Below are positions 20,797 to 30,254 of a stretch of DNA of 64,000 nt, one piece after another (the stretch's first letter is position 1; every line of letters begins with the position of its first letter). The notes under the pieces were generated by a model. The model was not told the origin of the DNA. It saw only the letters and a program-made list of their open reading frames with translations, and ran no database searches. Origin of the DNA: an uncultured Gammaproteobacteria bacterium. Its GTDB lineage: Bacteria > Patescibacteriota > Patescibacteriia > UBA1558 > GWA2-36-10. The stretch spans positions 20,052 to 84,051 of the forward strand of contig CAYRIU010000007.1 of NCBI GenBank assembly GCA_964424615.1. Direction: 5' to 3'. The position numbers and the translations under genes were made by a program.

Positions 20797-21213
20797 TTAT
20801 ATTTTCTCTGAATTATTTTTGGCTTGTTTACTCTGAGTCTTAGAATTCAAATATTGATTGATTTTTTCGACCAGTATACCCAGAGTAATATTATCTTTAA
20901 TCAAATAATCCACTGCTCCTAGATCCACGCCTTTTTTCTTGTCATCCTCTTGACCAAGATTGGATAATATAATCACTGGAATATTTCTAGTTTTGGGATT
21001 TCTTTGCAGTTCCGTCAAAACCTCAAAACCACTTTTCTTGGGCATGATCATGTCCAAAATAATCAAATCAGGATCTTCTAGTTGAGCTTTTTCCAAGCCT
21101 TCTTCCCCGTCTTGAGCCAAAACTACATCAAAATTCTTTTCTTTGAGCTCGGCTTCATAAACTTTGCGCAAGAAGTTGTCATCATCAACAAATAAAATCT
21201 TGGGATTTGGCAT
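20797..21213 (-). CDS. Single-domain response regulator (CheY/PilH-like)
   Basis: ILFVDDD, DLIILD54MIMP, IILS, YLIK; no output domain. Confidence 0.93.
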   Translation of the reverse strand: MPNPKILFVDDDNFLRKVYEAELKEKNFDVVLAQDGEEGLEKAQLEDPDLIILDMIMPKKSGFEVLTELQRNPKTRNIPVIILSNLGQEDDKKKGVDLGAVDYLIKDNITLGILVEKINQYLNSKTQSKQAKNNSEKI

Positions 21214-21215
21214 AT

Positions 21216-22766
21216 TTATAAAAGATTATTGACGTCTAAAATTAAATTAACTCTACCAGAAGAAGATATAGCCAAACCTTTAAACTTTGGCAATAACTTC
21301 ATGATGCTAGGATTTTTTTTCATCACCAATTCGCTTTCTTTTATATTACTAGATATTGGCAAGGCATAAAGATTTTTTTGAATATTCAAAAACAATACAT
21401 ATTTAGCTGGAGCTTTGATCTCTAGTGGTAATATAGAATGTAAATTCAATAATTTGATTCTTTTTTTATTATAAACAAAATATTGATCATTGCTAAGATT
21501 TTTGATCTCTGGCAATTTGACTACTCTATCCACATAAGACATCGGTATAGCCAAAGACCAGTCACCAAGCTGCCAAGCAATGCTCCTAAATATAGACAAT
21601 GGCAATGGCAAATGTAAAATAAATTTAGTGCCTTTATTCAAAGTACTACTGACCTCTACCTGACCATTGAGCTTGCTCATCCTATCTTTGACTACACTCA
21701 AGCCTACTCCTCGACCACCATGGATGTCCATATTCTTTTTGCTGGACATGCCTGTATGAAAAAGCAAACTTGGTATATCAATCAATTTTAATTTGCGACT
21801 TTCTTCCACGCTGATGACACGCTTGTGTACAGCCAAAGCCAAAACCTTTGACCAATCAATACCACGACCATTGTCACTGACTGTGACGACCAACTCATCA
21901 GCCTCCAAAACCGCATTCAAAACTATCTGCCCATTTTTTTGACTAGATTTGATACCATGCACAATAGAATTTTTAATCAACTGCACAATAACCTCTAACA
22001 GCTCATCCAATATAGACTTGTCTAGTGATATATCATTGTGTTCTATGACCAGGGTAGCATTTTTGTGCTCATCACGGGCAATAGAGCGTACTAGATAAGG
22101 TAAATTGGAAAATACCTGCTCCAAGGGCAAAATACGCATCCTCTCTAGTTCACGACGCAAATTATTGGCCAGAGTATCAGCTGTCACAACATTGGAAAGA
22201 ATTTGGCTTTGTCCAGTCTTTATGGCCGCACCTTTGATACTCATGATATTGACCAGAAGATCATCCAACAAATTTTGTATTTTATCCAAATCTCTAGCTG
22301 CCACAATCATCTCTGTGCTTTCATGCGGAGCAACTAGCTCATCACCAATATGCTTAGTGTTTATTTTATCTGTCTTTTTTATTTTGACTGGAGACTTTAA
22401 TATTTTTTCTAAATCAGCAATAGCTTGCTTAAAATCCAACTCCCCGCCACCCTGACTAATATGTTGCAAATTGGCATGCAAAGTATCCAAGGCACGAAAT
22501 ATGAGATCTAGACTATCTTTATTGACCAACAGAGTGCCATTGATCATAGCCTGGACCAATGACTCGACCTGATGCACATACACTATAGTATCCTTGTAAC
22601 CCATAGTAGCAGCCGAACCTTTCATAGCATGCAGGATGATAAATAGGGTCTGTAAATATTCGGAATTTTTAGGATTTTTTTCTAACAAAAGTAAAACATC
22701 AGCAATGGATTTAAGCTGCTCTTGAGTGCTTGATAAATACAAATCTTTATATTTCTCACTAAACAT
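21216..22766 (-). CDS. cheA: CheA-like histidine kinase (Hpt, HATPase, CheW-like P5)
   Basis: LH46AMKGSAATMG (Hpt), IKNSIVHG (N box), DNGRGID (G1), FHTGMSS (F), GGRGVGL (G2), LPLSI..LAIP. Confidence 0.9.
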   Translation of the reverse strand: MFSEKYKDLYLSSTQEQLKSIADVLLLLEKNPKNSEYLQTLFIILHAMKGSAATMGYKDTIVYVHQVESLVQAMINGTLLVNKDSLDLIFRALDTLHANLQHISQGGGELDFKQAIADLEKILKSPVKIKKTDKINTKHIGDELVAPHESTEMIVAARDLDKIQNLLDDLLVNIMSIKGAAIKTGQSQILSNVVTADTLANNLRRELERMRILPLEQVFSNLPYLVRSIARDEHKNATLVIEHNDISLDKSILDELLEVIVQLIKNSIVHGIKSSQKNGQIVLNAVLEADELVVTVSDNGRGIDWSKVLALAVHKRVISVEESRKLKLIDIPSLLFHTGMSSKKNMDIHGGRGVGLSVVKDRMSKLNGQVEVSSTLNKGTKFILHLPLPLSIFRSIAWQLGDWSLAIPMSYVDRVVKLPEIKNLSNDQYFVYNKKRIKLLNLHSILPLEIKAPAKYVLFLNIQKNLYALPISSNIKESELVMKKNPSIMKLLPKFKGLAISSSGRVNLILDVNNLL

Positions 22767-23175
22767 AAATTTTCAATGTAGAAAATATCTGCTCTATCTC
22801 TAAAATATAAATTTTTTGCTTAGCAACTTTAATATACTTTTGCAAAATATTTTTTGTTTTTTCCGTAAAAATTTTATTAGCGGATATTGTATCCATGCCT
22901 TGGTCAACTATCAAGGCATAAAAATCTCCTTTGTAGCTAAACAATAAACATTGGAGATTGGTCGGCATTTTCCAATTACACCCCAAAAATTTATCAGTGC
23001 GTAAAACAGTCACCAGATGTCCATTGAGATAAGAAACTCCAGCTATATATTTATTATTGATGGGCAGTGCCGACAAATGCTCACAACTAAAAAATTGACT
23101 ATCTGCATTCAAGGGCACGGCCAATATTTTATCAGCCAATTGAAAAGTAATAAATTGTTGTTTTTTAGCTGTCAT
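22759..23175 (-). CDS. cheW: CheW-like coupling protein, divergent (start reassigned to ATG 23175)
   Basis: FITFQLADKILAVP, LP..YIAGVSYLNGHLVTVL, ALIVD; between the MCP and CheA. Confidence 0.8.
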   Translation of the reverse strand: MTAKKQQFITFQLADKILAVPLNADSQFFSCEHLSALPINNKYIAGVSYLNGHLVTVLRTDKFLGCNWKMPTNLQCLLFSYKGDFYALIVDQGMDTISANKIFTEKTKNILQKYIKVAKQKIYILEIEQIFSTLKIYV

Positions 23176-23176
23176 A

Positions 23177-24319
23177 TTAATTTTTACCCACCAAATCACT
23201 CAATGTATCTGTGACCTTGTTGAGAGCTATAGATGATTTGTTCAAAGACCTAGTGACCACTAGCTGCTCACCTATGACCTTGGCTATATCATCAGTTTGC
23301 TTGACTAGTAGTTTTGATTGCTGGGAAATATTGGAAATAACTTTATTCACCTGATTAGCATCCTCATAAGTCTTGTTAGTCTCTGTATTTACCACTTGGA
23401 TATCATGAGCAATACTGTCAATATTATTACTAATCTTAGTTAAAAAATTTAATGTTTGACTAACAACGCTAATACTTTTATTTGTTTCTTGCCATTCATA
23501 GACAGCTGACTTCTTGGATTGGTCTATCTGTCTACGCATATCTTGAGCCAATGACTGTATACTACTAGCTGCCTGCTCACTGATATTATTGAGATCACGA
23601 ATTTGTGTCACCAAACCAGCAAATTCTTCACTATAAGAAGCTTTTTTGGCTTCAATAGACATATTTAAGCTAAAAAATTTGGTAGTTTCTGCTACTGTCT
23701 CTACCCTCTGCGCTATCTCACCTACTTGTTGGGCATATTGATCCAAAGCTTGGCTCAATTTTTGTGTGTCGGTCAATAAATTTTTAACTGCTACCAAGCT
23801 AGCCAAAGCCTTTTCTGATTGTATTTTACCATCCTCTGCTAATTTATTAGCTTTACCAACACTATCAGTAGCTGCTCCAGTTTTGTGTGTGATCTCTACT
23901 AGAGAATGAACCATTTTGGACAATGACTGACTACCTGCTTTCAAGCCACTTTGTTGTTGTTGAGACGAAGAAGTTAAAAATTGAGAAATCTGATTATTGG
24001 TTTGACTAATATTTGACAAGCCTTGTATAGAGGTCAATAGTAAGCCTACTACCTTACTCAGTTCATTGACAGCTACTTGTGCTGGGGCTGTCACGTTCTT
24101 ACTCAGACGACGAGTAGCGACTAGAGAAAGGCCAAAAACTAAAGCTAAAGAAACAAAAAGTCCAATCAAAATGTTAGCCGGCAAAACTCCCGCTTGCAGA
24201 AAGCCACGATATTGACTGGAGAGAGCAAAAGAGGCCAATAAAACAACCAACGGTAAAATAGATACCGCTACAAACCAAAGAATAAATTTCAAGTAAATTT
24301 TTGTTTCTACAAGTTTCAC
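23177..24319 (-). CDS. Divergent methyl-accepting chemotaxis protein with no ligand-binding domain
   Basis: Two TMs joined by ~12 aa; heptad coiled coil; tip VAETTKFFSLNMSIEAKKA resembles IAxQTNLLALNAAIEAARA. Confidence 0.82.
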   Translation of the reverse strand: MKLVETKIYLKFILWFVAVSILPLVVLLASFALSSQYRGFLQAGVLPANILIGLFVSLALVFGLSLVATRRLSKNVTAPAQVAVNELSKVVGLLLTSIQGLSNISQTNNQISQFLTSSSQQQQSGLKAGSQSLSKMVHSLVEITHKTGAATDSVGKANKLAEDGKIQSEKALASLVAVKNLLTDTQKLSQALDQYAQQVGEIAQRVETVAETTKFFSLNMSIEAKKASYSEEFAGLVTQIRDLNNISEQAASSIQSLAQDMRRQIDQSKKSAVYEWQETNKSISVVSQTLNFLTKISNNIDSIAHDIQVVNTETNKTYEDANQVNKVISNISQQSKLLVKQTDDIAKVIGEQLVVTRSLNKSSIALNKVTDTLSDLVGKN

Positions 24320-24354
24320 TTTTTTTGTTTTTCTTTTCCCTTTTGGTTAATTAA

Positions 24355-24363
24355 ATTATAACA
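24355..24363 (-). promoter_or_regulatory. Extended -10 promoter of the chemosensory-pilus operon
   Basis: Minus-strand TGTTATAAT, 35 nt upstream of the MCP GTG. Confidence 0.6.
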
Positions 24364-24374
24364 TATTTTAGACC

Positions 24375-24410
24375 AAAAACAAAGAGCGCCTAATGTGCAT
24401 AAGACGCTCT
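24375..24410 (-). terminator. Probable intrinsic terminator
   Basis: Minus-strand AGAGCGTCT...AGGCGCTCT-TTGTTTTT after the ligase gene. Confidence 0.65.
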
Positions 24411-24433
24411 ATGATTATGAGAATAAAAAGTCA

Positions 24434-26599
24434 CTAGTTCCGTAAAAAATCTTCCAGCATATTTATTAGCTCTTGCTGTTTATCTACTTTGGCTTGCTCC
24501 AAATATGCATTTAGATCGGCAATCTGAGATTGATCAAAACTATTTTCACTGTGTTGCAAGTTCCAATCTTTCACTATACCAACATTGTGGGCAAATTCTT
24601 TGTAATCTTTAGTCAGCCAATAGACTTGTGCTAATTTCCAGTAAACATCACGAGAGTGTGGCGCTAAATCCCTAGCCAATAAGGCTTGTTCTTGAGCTTT
24701 TTCATATTCGCCTTTTCGCTGGTATTCTTTTTCTAAAGCAAATTTTATTTCTACTCTCCAGGGAGCTAATTTTGACATAGCTTCTAACAAATAAATATCT
24801 CTATCAATAAATGACTGATCAAAATTACCGACAAACTGATAAAAATTGGATAAAAACATGCCGGATCTGATATCCATTGGATATTTTTCATAATTTGATT
24901 CCAGATATTGACCAGTTAAATTCATAAATTCAAATCTAATATCATCAGTGGCATATGGATTACTAATAATCAAGCCCAAAATATCATTCAGAGATGCGGT
25001 TTTTTCTTTGTCACCTAACGGTACCATACCATATGATTTAATCCAATTATTCTTAACCATCTGAAAATCATCCGCAGTCTTTGCTCTTTGCGCCTCGGTA
25101 AATGTCTGAACAAAAATAATGTTACTCCTCCAAGGCTTCCAAGCCATATAATAAACTAAAGCAAAAGATAATAAAATTAATAAAATTTTTCTAAATAATA
25201 AATTAAAACGGTGTGTATTTAAATTTTCTTGCCAAGTTTTAAACCAAGACATCAGTCTAGATTGACGATCTATATCTGAGATGGTCAATGAAAATAAATA
25301 GGCTAAAATTAGATAAAAAACAACATTAACATTAAGATTGTCAAAGATAAAGAAATCTTGAACCAAAAAACTAATCAAAAAAGCTGCCCACAAAGATGGC
25401 ATCACCCAAGTATCCCCTCTTTTGATCAGGCTACGTAAAATAAACAAAAGATAAATAAATATAGCAATATATAAACCAAAGCCTACTAAACCGCCATGGA
25501 CCAAATGCTGGACCAAAATATTGTGCGGTCTATCAAACCATATCTCTGAGCCCATAGTTACAAAAATAGCCGAAGGGAAATACTTGTTAAAAGAGTCAGA
25601 AAAATTCTCCTCACCCCATCCGAGCAATGGTTTTTCTCTAAAAGAATATAAAATACTATTTTTCCAGATCATCAAACGTGATTGAGTGCTAGTATCAGTC
25701 AAAGATATATTGGCCAATCTAGAAAAAATTGGCACTGATTTTACCCAGGAGCTATCTTTTTGTACAAAAATCAAAGTAATAAACAGTAAAGCCGCTATCA
25801 CCAAACTGATCACGGTATAATAAAATTTTTGCCTATTATGCCTTTCATAATATAAATATGCTGAGGCCAATAGAAGAGCAAAAAATACTAGACCCAAAAA
25901 AGCACCTCTAGTCTCAGTGGCTAATAAGATAACAATAAATATCACGATGCTAATGGCATAATAAAATGCTGACCAAGAATAAAAATTATGGTTTATAAAT
26001 TTTTTAATCAACAAATAAGTAGCCAAAACTATATTCAAAAATAAATAAGAACCGACGTAGGCCGCATTACCTAAAGTACTAGATAAGCGTTGACCGCCAG
26101 CTGAGCTCATTAGAAAACTTACATTCAAAACCTGCCCCACAGCATACAAGGCAACCAAGACAGCCACAAACAATGAAGTCTTAAATAAAACCTGCCAATC
26201 CTCTGCCGTTTTATTAATACCAATCAAAACTATGACATACATCAAGATGTGATACCAATTGACTAGACCATCCATTCTTTCAAATGAACTCCAAAAACTA
26301 AAAAGAAAATGACCACCAAAAATACTAGAAATAGTCAAAGTCAAAATAAATAAGACAAACAAAATCAAACCTTTGTTAAATTTTGGCCACTGATAAGTAT
26401 TTTTTATAACCAACCAAATATAAAGAGGAAATATGATATCAATAATCAGTCTAAAAAATATATTGCGAGGAAAAACAAAAGGAAAATATGCATCACCGTA
26501 TATAATAAGCGGAGCAAACAAAATCAGCATTAAACCGCATTTGATCACTAATTTTAATATTGCATCTTTTCCTACAAAATGACTAGATAATTTTGACAT
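24434..26599 (-). CDS. O-antigen ligase/O-oligosaccharyltransferase family (Wzy_C) protein with C-terminal TPR-like region
   Basis: Multi-TM; STLGNAAY, TETRGA, SRLMIW, PLLGWGEENF, FDRPHN. Confidence 0.88.
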   Translation of the reverse strand: MSKLSSHFVGKDAILKLVIKCGLMLILFAPLIIYGDAYFPFVFPRNIFFRLIIDIIFPLYIWLVIKNTYQWPKFNKGLILFVLFILTLTISSIFGGHFLFSFWSSFERMDGLVNWYHILMYVIVLIGINKTAEDWQVLFKTSLFVAVLVALYAVGQVLNVSFLMSSAGGQRLSSTLGNAAYVGSYLFLNIVLATYLLIKKFINHNFYSWSAFYYAISIVIFIVILLATETRGAFLGLVFFALLLASAYLYYERHNRQKFYYTVISLVIAALLFITLIFVQKDSSWVKSVPIFSRLANISLTDTSTQSRLMIWKNSILYSFREKPLLGWGEENFSDSFNKYFPSAIFVTMGSEIWFDRPHNILVQHLVHGGLVGFGLYIAIFIYLLFILRSLIKRGDTWVMPSLWAAFLISFLVQDFFIFDNLNVNVVFYLILAYLFSLTISDIDRQSRLMSWFKTWQENLNTHRFNLLFRKILLILLSFALVYYMAWKPWRSNIIFVQTFTEAQRAKTADDFQMVKNNWIKSYGMVPLGDKEKTASLNDILGLIISNPYATDDIRFEFMNLTGQYLESNYEKYPMDIRSGMFLSNFYQFVGNFDQSFIDRDIYLLEAMSKLAPWRVEIKFALEKEYQRKGEYEKAQEQALLARDLAPHSRDVYWKLAQVYWLTKDYKEFAHNVGIVKDWNLQHSENSFDQSQIADLNAYLEQAKVDKQQELINMLEDFLRN

Positions 26600-26636
26600 A
26601 TTTTAATTAATATTGATGATAAAAAAATTATTTTTC

Positions 26637-26703
26637 TTCGAGCGACCCTGAGCGAAGTCGAGGGAGAGTCGAGAGGTTATGCTTAGTTCTCGACTAGCTC
26701 GAA
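26637..26703. repeat. REP-like palindromic element with a nested half-element
   Basis: TTCGAGCG-[ACCCTGAGCGAAGTCGAGGG]-AGAGTCGAGA ... TCTCGACTAGCTCGAA. Confidence 0.7.
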
Positions 26704-26717
26704 CAAAAAACCAAAAT

Positions 26718-26747
26718 TTGACAAAAACGAGCATTTATTATTATAAT
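26718..26747 (+). promoter_or_regulatory. Sigma70 promoter of the sugar-transferase/flippase pair
   Basis: TTGACA-N18-TATAAT, 25 nt before the ATG at 26773. Confidence 0.75.
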
Positions 26748-26772
26748 ATAAAATAATTATAAAGACAAATCA

Positions 26773-28137
26773 ATGAAAAAAGGACTATTATTATTAGGCG
26801 ACATTTCTGTACTATACCTCAGTTTAGCACTAACCCTTTGGCTACGCTATGGCCACATAGATCAAGATCTGTGGAATAGGCATTTACTACCGTTTAGCAT
26901 TATATTTGCTATCTGGCTTCTAGTCTTTTTTATCAATGGTCTATATGAATCTAAAAAAGTGCGTTTTGATTTTAGTCTCTATAGTCACCTCTTACAAAAT
27001 CTCACTATCAATGCAGTTATAGCTACAGTTTTTTTCTATATTTTTTCCGATAATTTTGGCCAAATGAAGCCAATGACTATACTATTAATTTTATTATTAG
27101 TATACGCTCTATTATTTTTTGTCTGGCGTAAATCATTTTATACTTTGATTTCTAGCCGCTCTCTAGGAAACAACCTAGCCTTGATAGGGCTCAATGATGA
27201 ATCATTGGCTTTGGCCGAAGAAATTATCAATAAACCACAACTTGGTTATCAATTGAAGTTAATCGTCAATCCGGATTTTGTCACTATACCAGAAAAATTC
27301 CAAATCATACCAGTCAGTAAAAACTTAATAGACCTAAAAAGTGAATTTCTAAAACATAAAATTCAAACTGTAGTGGTAGTCAATAATCCCAAATATGCCA
27401 GCGAAGTAGCTCGTTATCTATTTGAAAATATCAATCTAAAAATACAGTATTATAATCTAACTAATTTCTACGAAAAAATCATCGGCAAAATACCGTTGAT
27501 GTTGCTAGAAAAAACTTGGTTTGTAGAAAATTTTAATGTACATAATAAAAATGGTTTTGCTATCAGCAAAAGATTTATTGATCTATTTTTTGCTAGTTTT
27601 TTTGGCTTGATATCACTTATCTTTATCCCCTTTATCATTATAGCTATAAAGCTAGAATCCAAGGGCAAGATAATATATAAGCAAGAAAGGGTTGGTCTCA
27701 ATAATAAAAAATTTAATGTTTATAAATTCCGCACCATGCAAGAAAACGCTGAACAAAATGGTGCTGTCTGGGCATCTATAAATGATCCACGAGTGACTAA
27801 AATTGGCAAACTCATGCGTCGCACTAGATTGGATGAAATACCACAATTTTTCAATATACTCATTGGTAATATGAGCTTTGTGGGACCACGTCCTGAGAGA
27901 CCAGAGTTTGTAGAGCAATTAAAAAAAGAAATACCTTTCTACAATGAAAGGCATCTCATCAAACCGGGCTTGACTGGCTGGGCTCAAATCAACTATCCCT
28001 ATGGAGCATCGGTAGCTGATGCCAAAGAAAAGCTACAATATGATTTATTTTATATAAAAAATCAATCAGTGGCTCTTGATATCTCTATCATACTCAAGAC
28101 TATCAATGCCATGTTTAATATTGCTTTGGGAAGATAA
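26773..28137 (+). CDS. Polyprenyl-phosphate glycosylphosphotransferase (WcaJ/WbaP-like initiating transferase)
   Basis: KRFIDL, YKFRTM, DPRVTKIG, LDEIPQF, MSFVGPRPE, KPGLTGWAQ. Confidence 0.95.
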   Translation: MKKGLLLLGDISVLYLSLALTLWLRYGHIDQDLWNRHLLPFSIIFAIWLLVFFINGLYESKKVRFDFSLYSHLLQNLTINAVIATVFFYIFSDNFGQMKPMTILLILLLVYALLFFVWRKSFYTLISSRSLGNNLALIGLNDESLALAEEIINKPQLGYQLKLIVNPDFVTIPEKFQIIPVSKNLIDLKSEFLKHKIQTVVVVNNPKYASEVARYLFENINLKIQYYNLTNFYEKIIGKIPLMLLEKTWFVENFNVHNKNGFAISKRFIDLFFASFFGLISLIFIPFIIIAIKLESKGKIIYKQERVGLNNKKFNVYKFRTMQENAEQNGAVWASINDPRVTKIGKLMRRTRLDEIPQFFNILIGNMSFVGPRPERPEFVEQLKKEIPFYNERHLIKPGLTGWAQINYPYGASVADAKEKLQYDLFYIKNQSVALDISIILKTINAMFNIALGR

Positions 28138-29402
28138 TGATAAATAAAATAAAAAATAGAATCTATAATATATTACGCCAGAGTGAAAAATATACCCAAA
28201 CTGATATGGTTTACTTAGCCAAAGGTGGTTTTTGGTTAACTCTTGGTTATGGAACAAATATATTAAAGGGGTTAATTCTTAGTATTTTGATGGCCAACCT
28301 GCTAGCCAAAGAAAGTTATGGATATTATAGATATATATTATCAATATTTAGTCTAGTGGGCATATTTTCCATAGGGGGAATGAGTACAGCCATTACTCAA
28401 TCGGTAGCTAGAAATTTAGATGGCATATTTAAACAAGCAATAAAAATTATCCTAAAATGGTCATTACTAGGTAGTGTGGCGTTACTGGTGATATCAGCAT
28501 ATTACTTTAATAAACATAACCTAAATTTTACCTGGATTTTTATATTTTTAGCTTTACTATTTCCATGGTATTCAATATCTAGTTATTATGGTGCTATACT
28601 TTCTGGTAAAAAAAGATTTGATGTGCAGACCAAATATTTTACTATCTACTCCTTAATTACTTCAATTGTAATAATTACCACCATTTTATTAACAAGTAAT
28701 GTATTTTGGATCATATTTGCCTTTATACTCTCTGATGGAATAGTTGGTGGATTCTTTACTTACAGAGCATCAAAAAAATATTTATTAAATGACAAAGTGG
28801 ATCCAGATAGCTTAAATTATGGAGTCAAATTGTCACTCATAGGTATTATAGGACTTATAGCTCAAAACATAGACAAAGTAATATTACCAATACTCCTAGG
28901 CTTCCAAGAATTAGCTGTCTATTCTATAGCCTTGGTAGTACCAGAACAAATTAAAGTTTGGTTTAATAACTTTGGCACACTAGCTTTGCCAAAATTTTCG
29001 GAGCATAAACCAAGTAAAGAAATAAAAGAAAAAATTATAAAAGCTAGTTTTAAGGCTATGATCTTGGTATTTTTGATTATAATAATTTATTGGATAAGTG
29101 CCACTTGGATATTTAACTTAATATACCCAAAATATACTGAAGCCATAATATATTCAAAGGTACTGAGTCTATCATTATTAGCCATACCTTCATTTCTCAT
29201 CAATAATTTCTTTAAAGGAAACAAAAGAAGTGATATTATACTAAAAGAAAATATATTTTATTCCAGTTTACAAATATTATCTGTGATAATATTTACTTAC
29301 TTCTTTGGTTTGTGGGGACTAGTATTTGCTCGCACAATTACTAGATTGTTTACATTTGTATATGACATATACCTACTAAAAAAAATGCCTACATCTATAT
29401 AA
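28137..29402 (+). CDS. Oligosaccharide flippase (Wzx/MATE-like)
   Basis: About 12 TMs; YGYY, NIDKVIL, LAVYSIA patterns. Confidence 0.85.
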   Translation: MINKIKNRIYNILRQSEKYTQTDMVYLAKGGFWLTLGYGTNILKGLILSILMANLLAKESYGYYRYILSIFSLVGIFSIGGMSTAITQSVARNLDGIFKQAIKIILKWSLLGSVALLVISAYYFNKHNLNFTWIFIFLALLFPWYSISSYYGAILSGKKRFDVQTKYFTIYSLITSIVIITTILLTSNVFWIIFAFILSDGIVGGFFTYRASKKYLLNDKVDPDSLNYGVKLSLIGIIGLIAQNIDKVILPILLGFQELAVYSIALVVPEQIKVWFNNFGTLALPKFSEHKPSKEIKEKIIKASFKAMILVFLIIIIYWISATWIFNLIYPKYTEAIIYSKVLSLSLLAIPSFLINNFFKGNKRSDIILKENIFYSSLQILSVIIFTYFFGLWGLVFARTITRLFTFVYDIYLLKKMPTSI

Positions 29403-29435
29403 TGTAGACATTTTTTAGTATAAATAAAATTACTT

Positions 29436-30254
29436 TTATTTTTTTTCTATTACATAAGTAGTGCCATAACCAAAATTTCTGAGAAACTTTATATTTTTAT
29501 ATCTATCTAAAAATTTTATTAATGGCAATAAAAACTGAAAATGTGGCAAACATAAAGAAGATGCCTCATATTCGATAAGTTTAAAACCATACTTTACAAT
29601 CTTTTTTTGCATTATCCATGGGAATCTAAAAATATGCACTAAATCTTTATTACCGGTATAAAATTCATTCACACCCTCTCTCACAAATATAAGGGCTAAC
29701 AACATTCTCAAAATACCAAAAGGTAAAGCAAAAATCATCCTCTTACCTTTATACCAAAAGGCTCCCCTGCCGACTTGAACTAATGAACATAAATTCATAA
29801 TAGTTGGTATAGCTACTACAGCTCTATTCTTAGTAACACGCATCAATTCTGTCAAACCCTTATCAAAATTTGGTAAATGCTCCAAGACATGGGAGCTTAC
29901 AACCAAATCAAAACTATTGTCATCAAAGGGTAAATTTTCTGAATCAGCTAACAAAAAAGTTATATCACTAACCTTTTCTGTAGCTGCATATTTTACACAA
30001 GTATCAATATTTGGTTTAGATATGTCGCAAGCTGTCACTGAGGCGCCAGCCTTAGCCATCATAACAGCTAAAATACCTTCACCACAACCAGCATCCAAAA
30101 CTTTCATACCTGGTTTTATATACTTCAAAAAAACTAAGTATTGTTGTCTGTGTGCATATCTCCTTAATAGACTAGGAGACTCGAATCTTTTCACAATAAT
30201 ATTATCCGAATATTCACTGTAAAAATCTTTATTCTCTTTATAAATTTTTTGCAT
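29436..30254 (-). CDS. Class I SAM-dependent methyltransferase
   Basis: VLDAGCGEG, LPFDDNSFDLV, HVLEHL. Confidence 0.92.
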   Translation of the reverse strand: MQKIYKENKDFYSEYSDNIIVKRFESPSLLRRYAHRQQYLVFLKYIKPGMKVLDAGCGEGILAVMMAKAGASVTACDISKPNIDTCVKYAATEKVSDITFLLADSENLPFDDNSFDLVVSSHVLEHLPNFDKGLTELMRVTKNRAVVAIPTIMNLCSLVQVGRGAFWYKGKRMIFALPFGILRMLLALIFVREGVNEFYTGNKDLVHIFRFPWIMQKKIVKYGFKLIEYEASSLCLPHFQFLLPLIKFLDRYKNIKFLRNFGYGTTYVIEKK

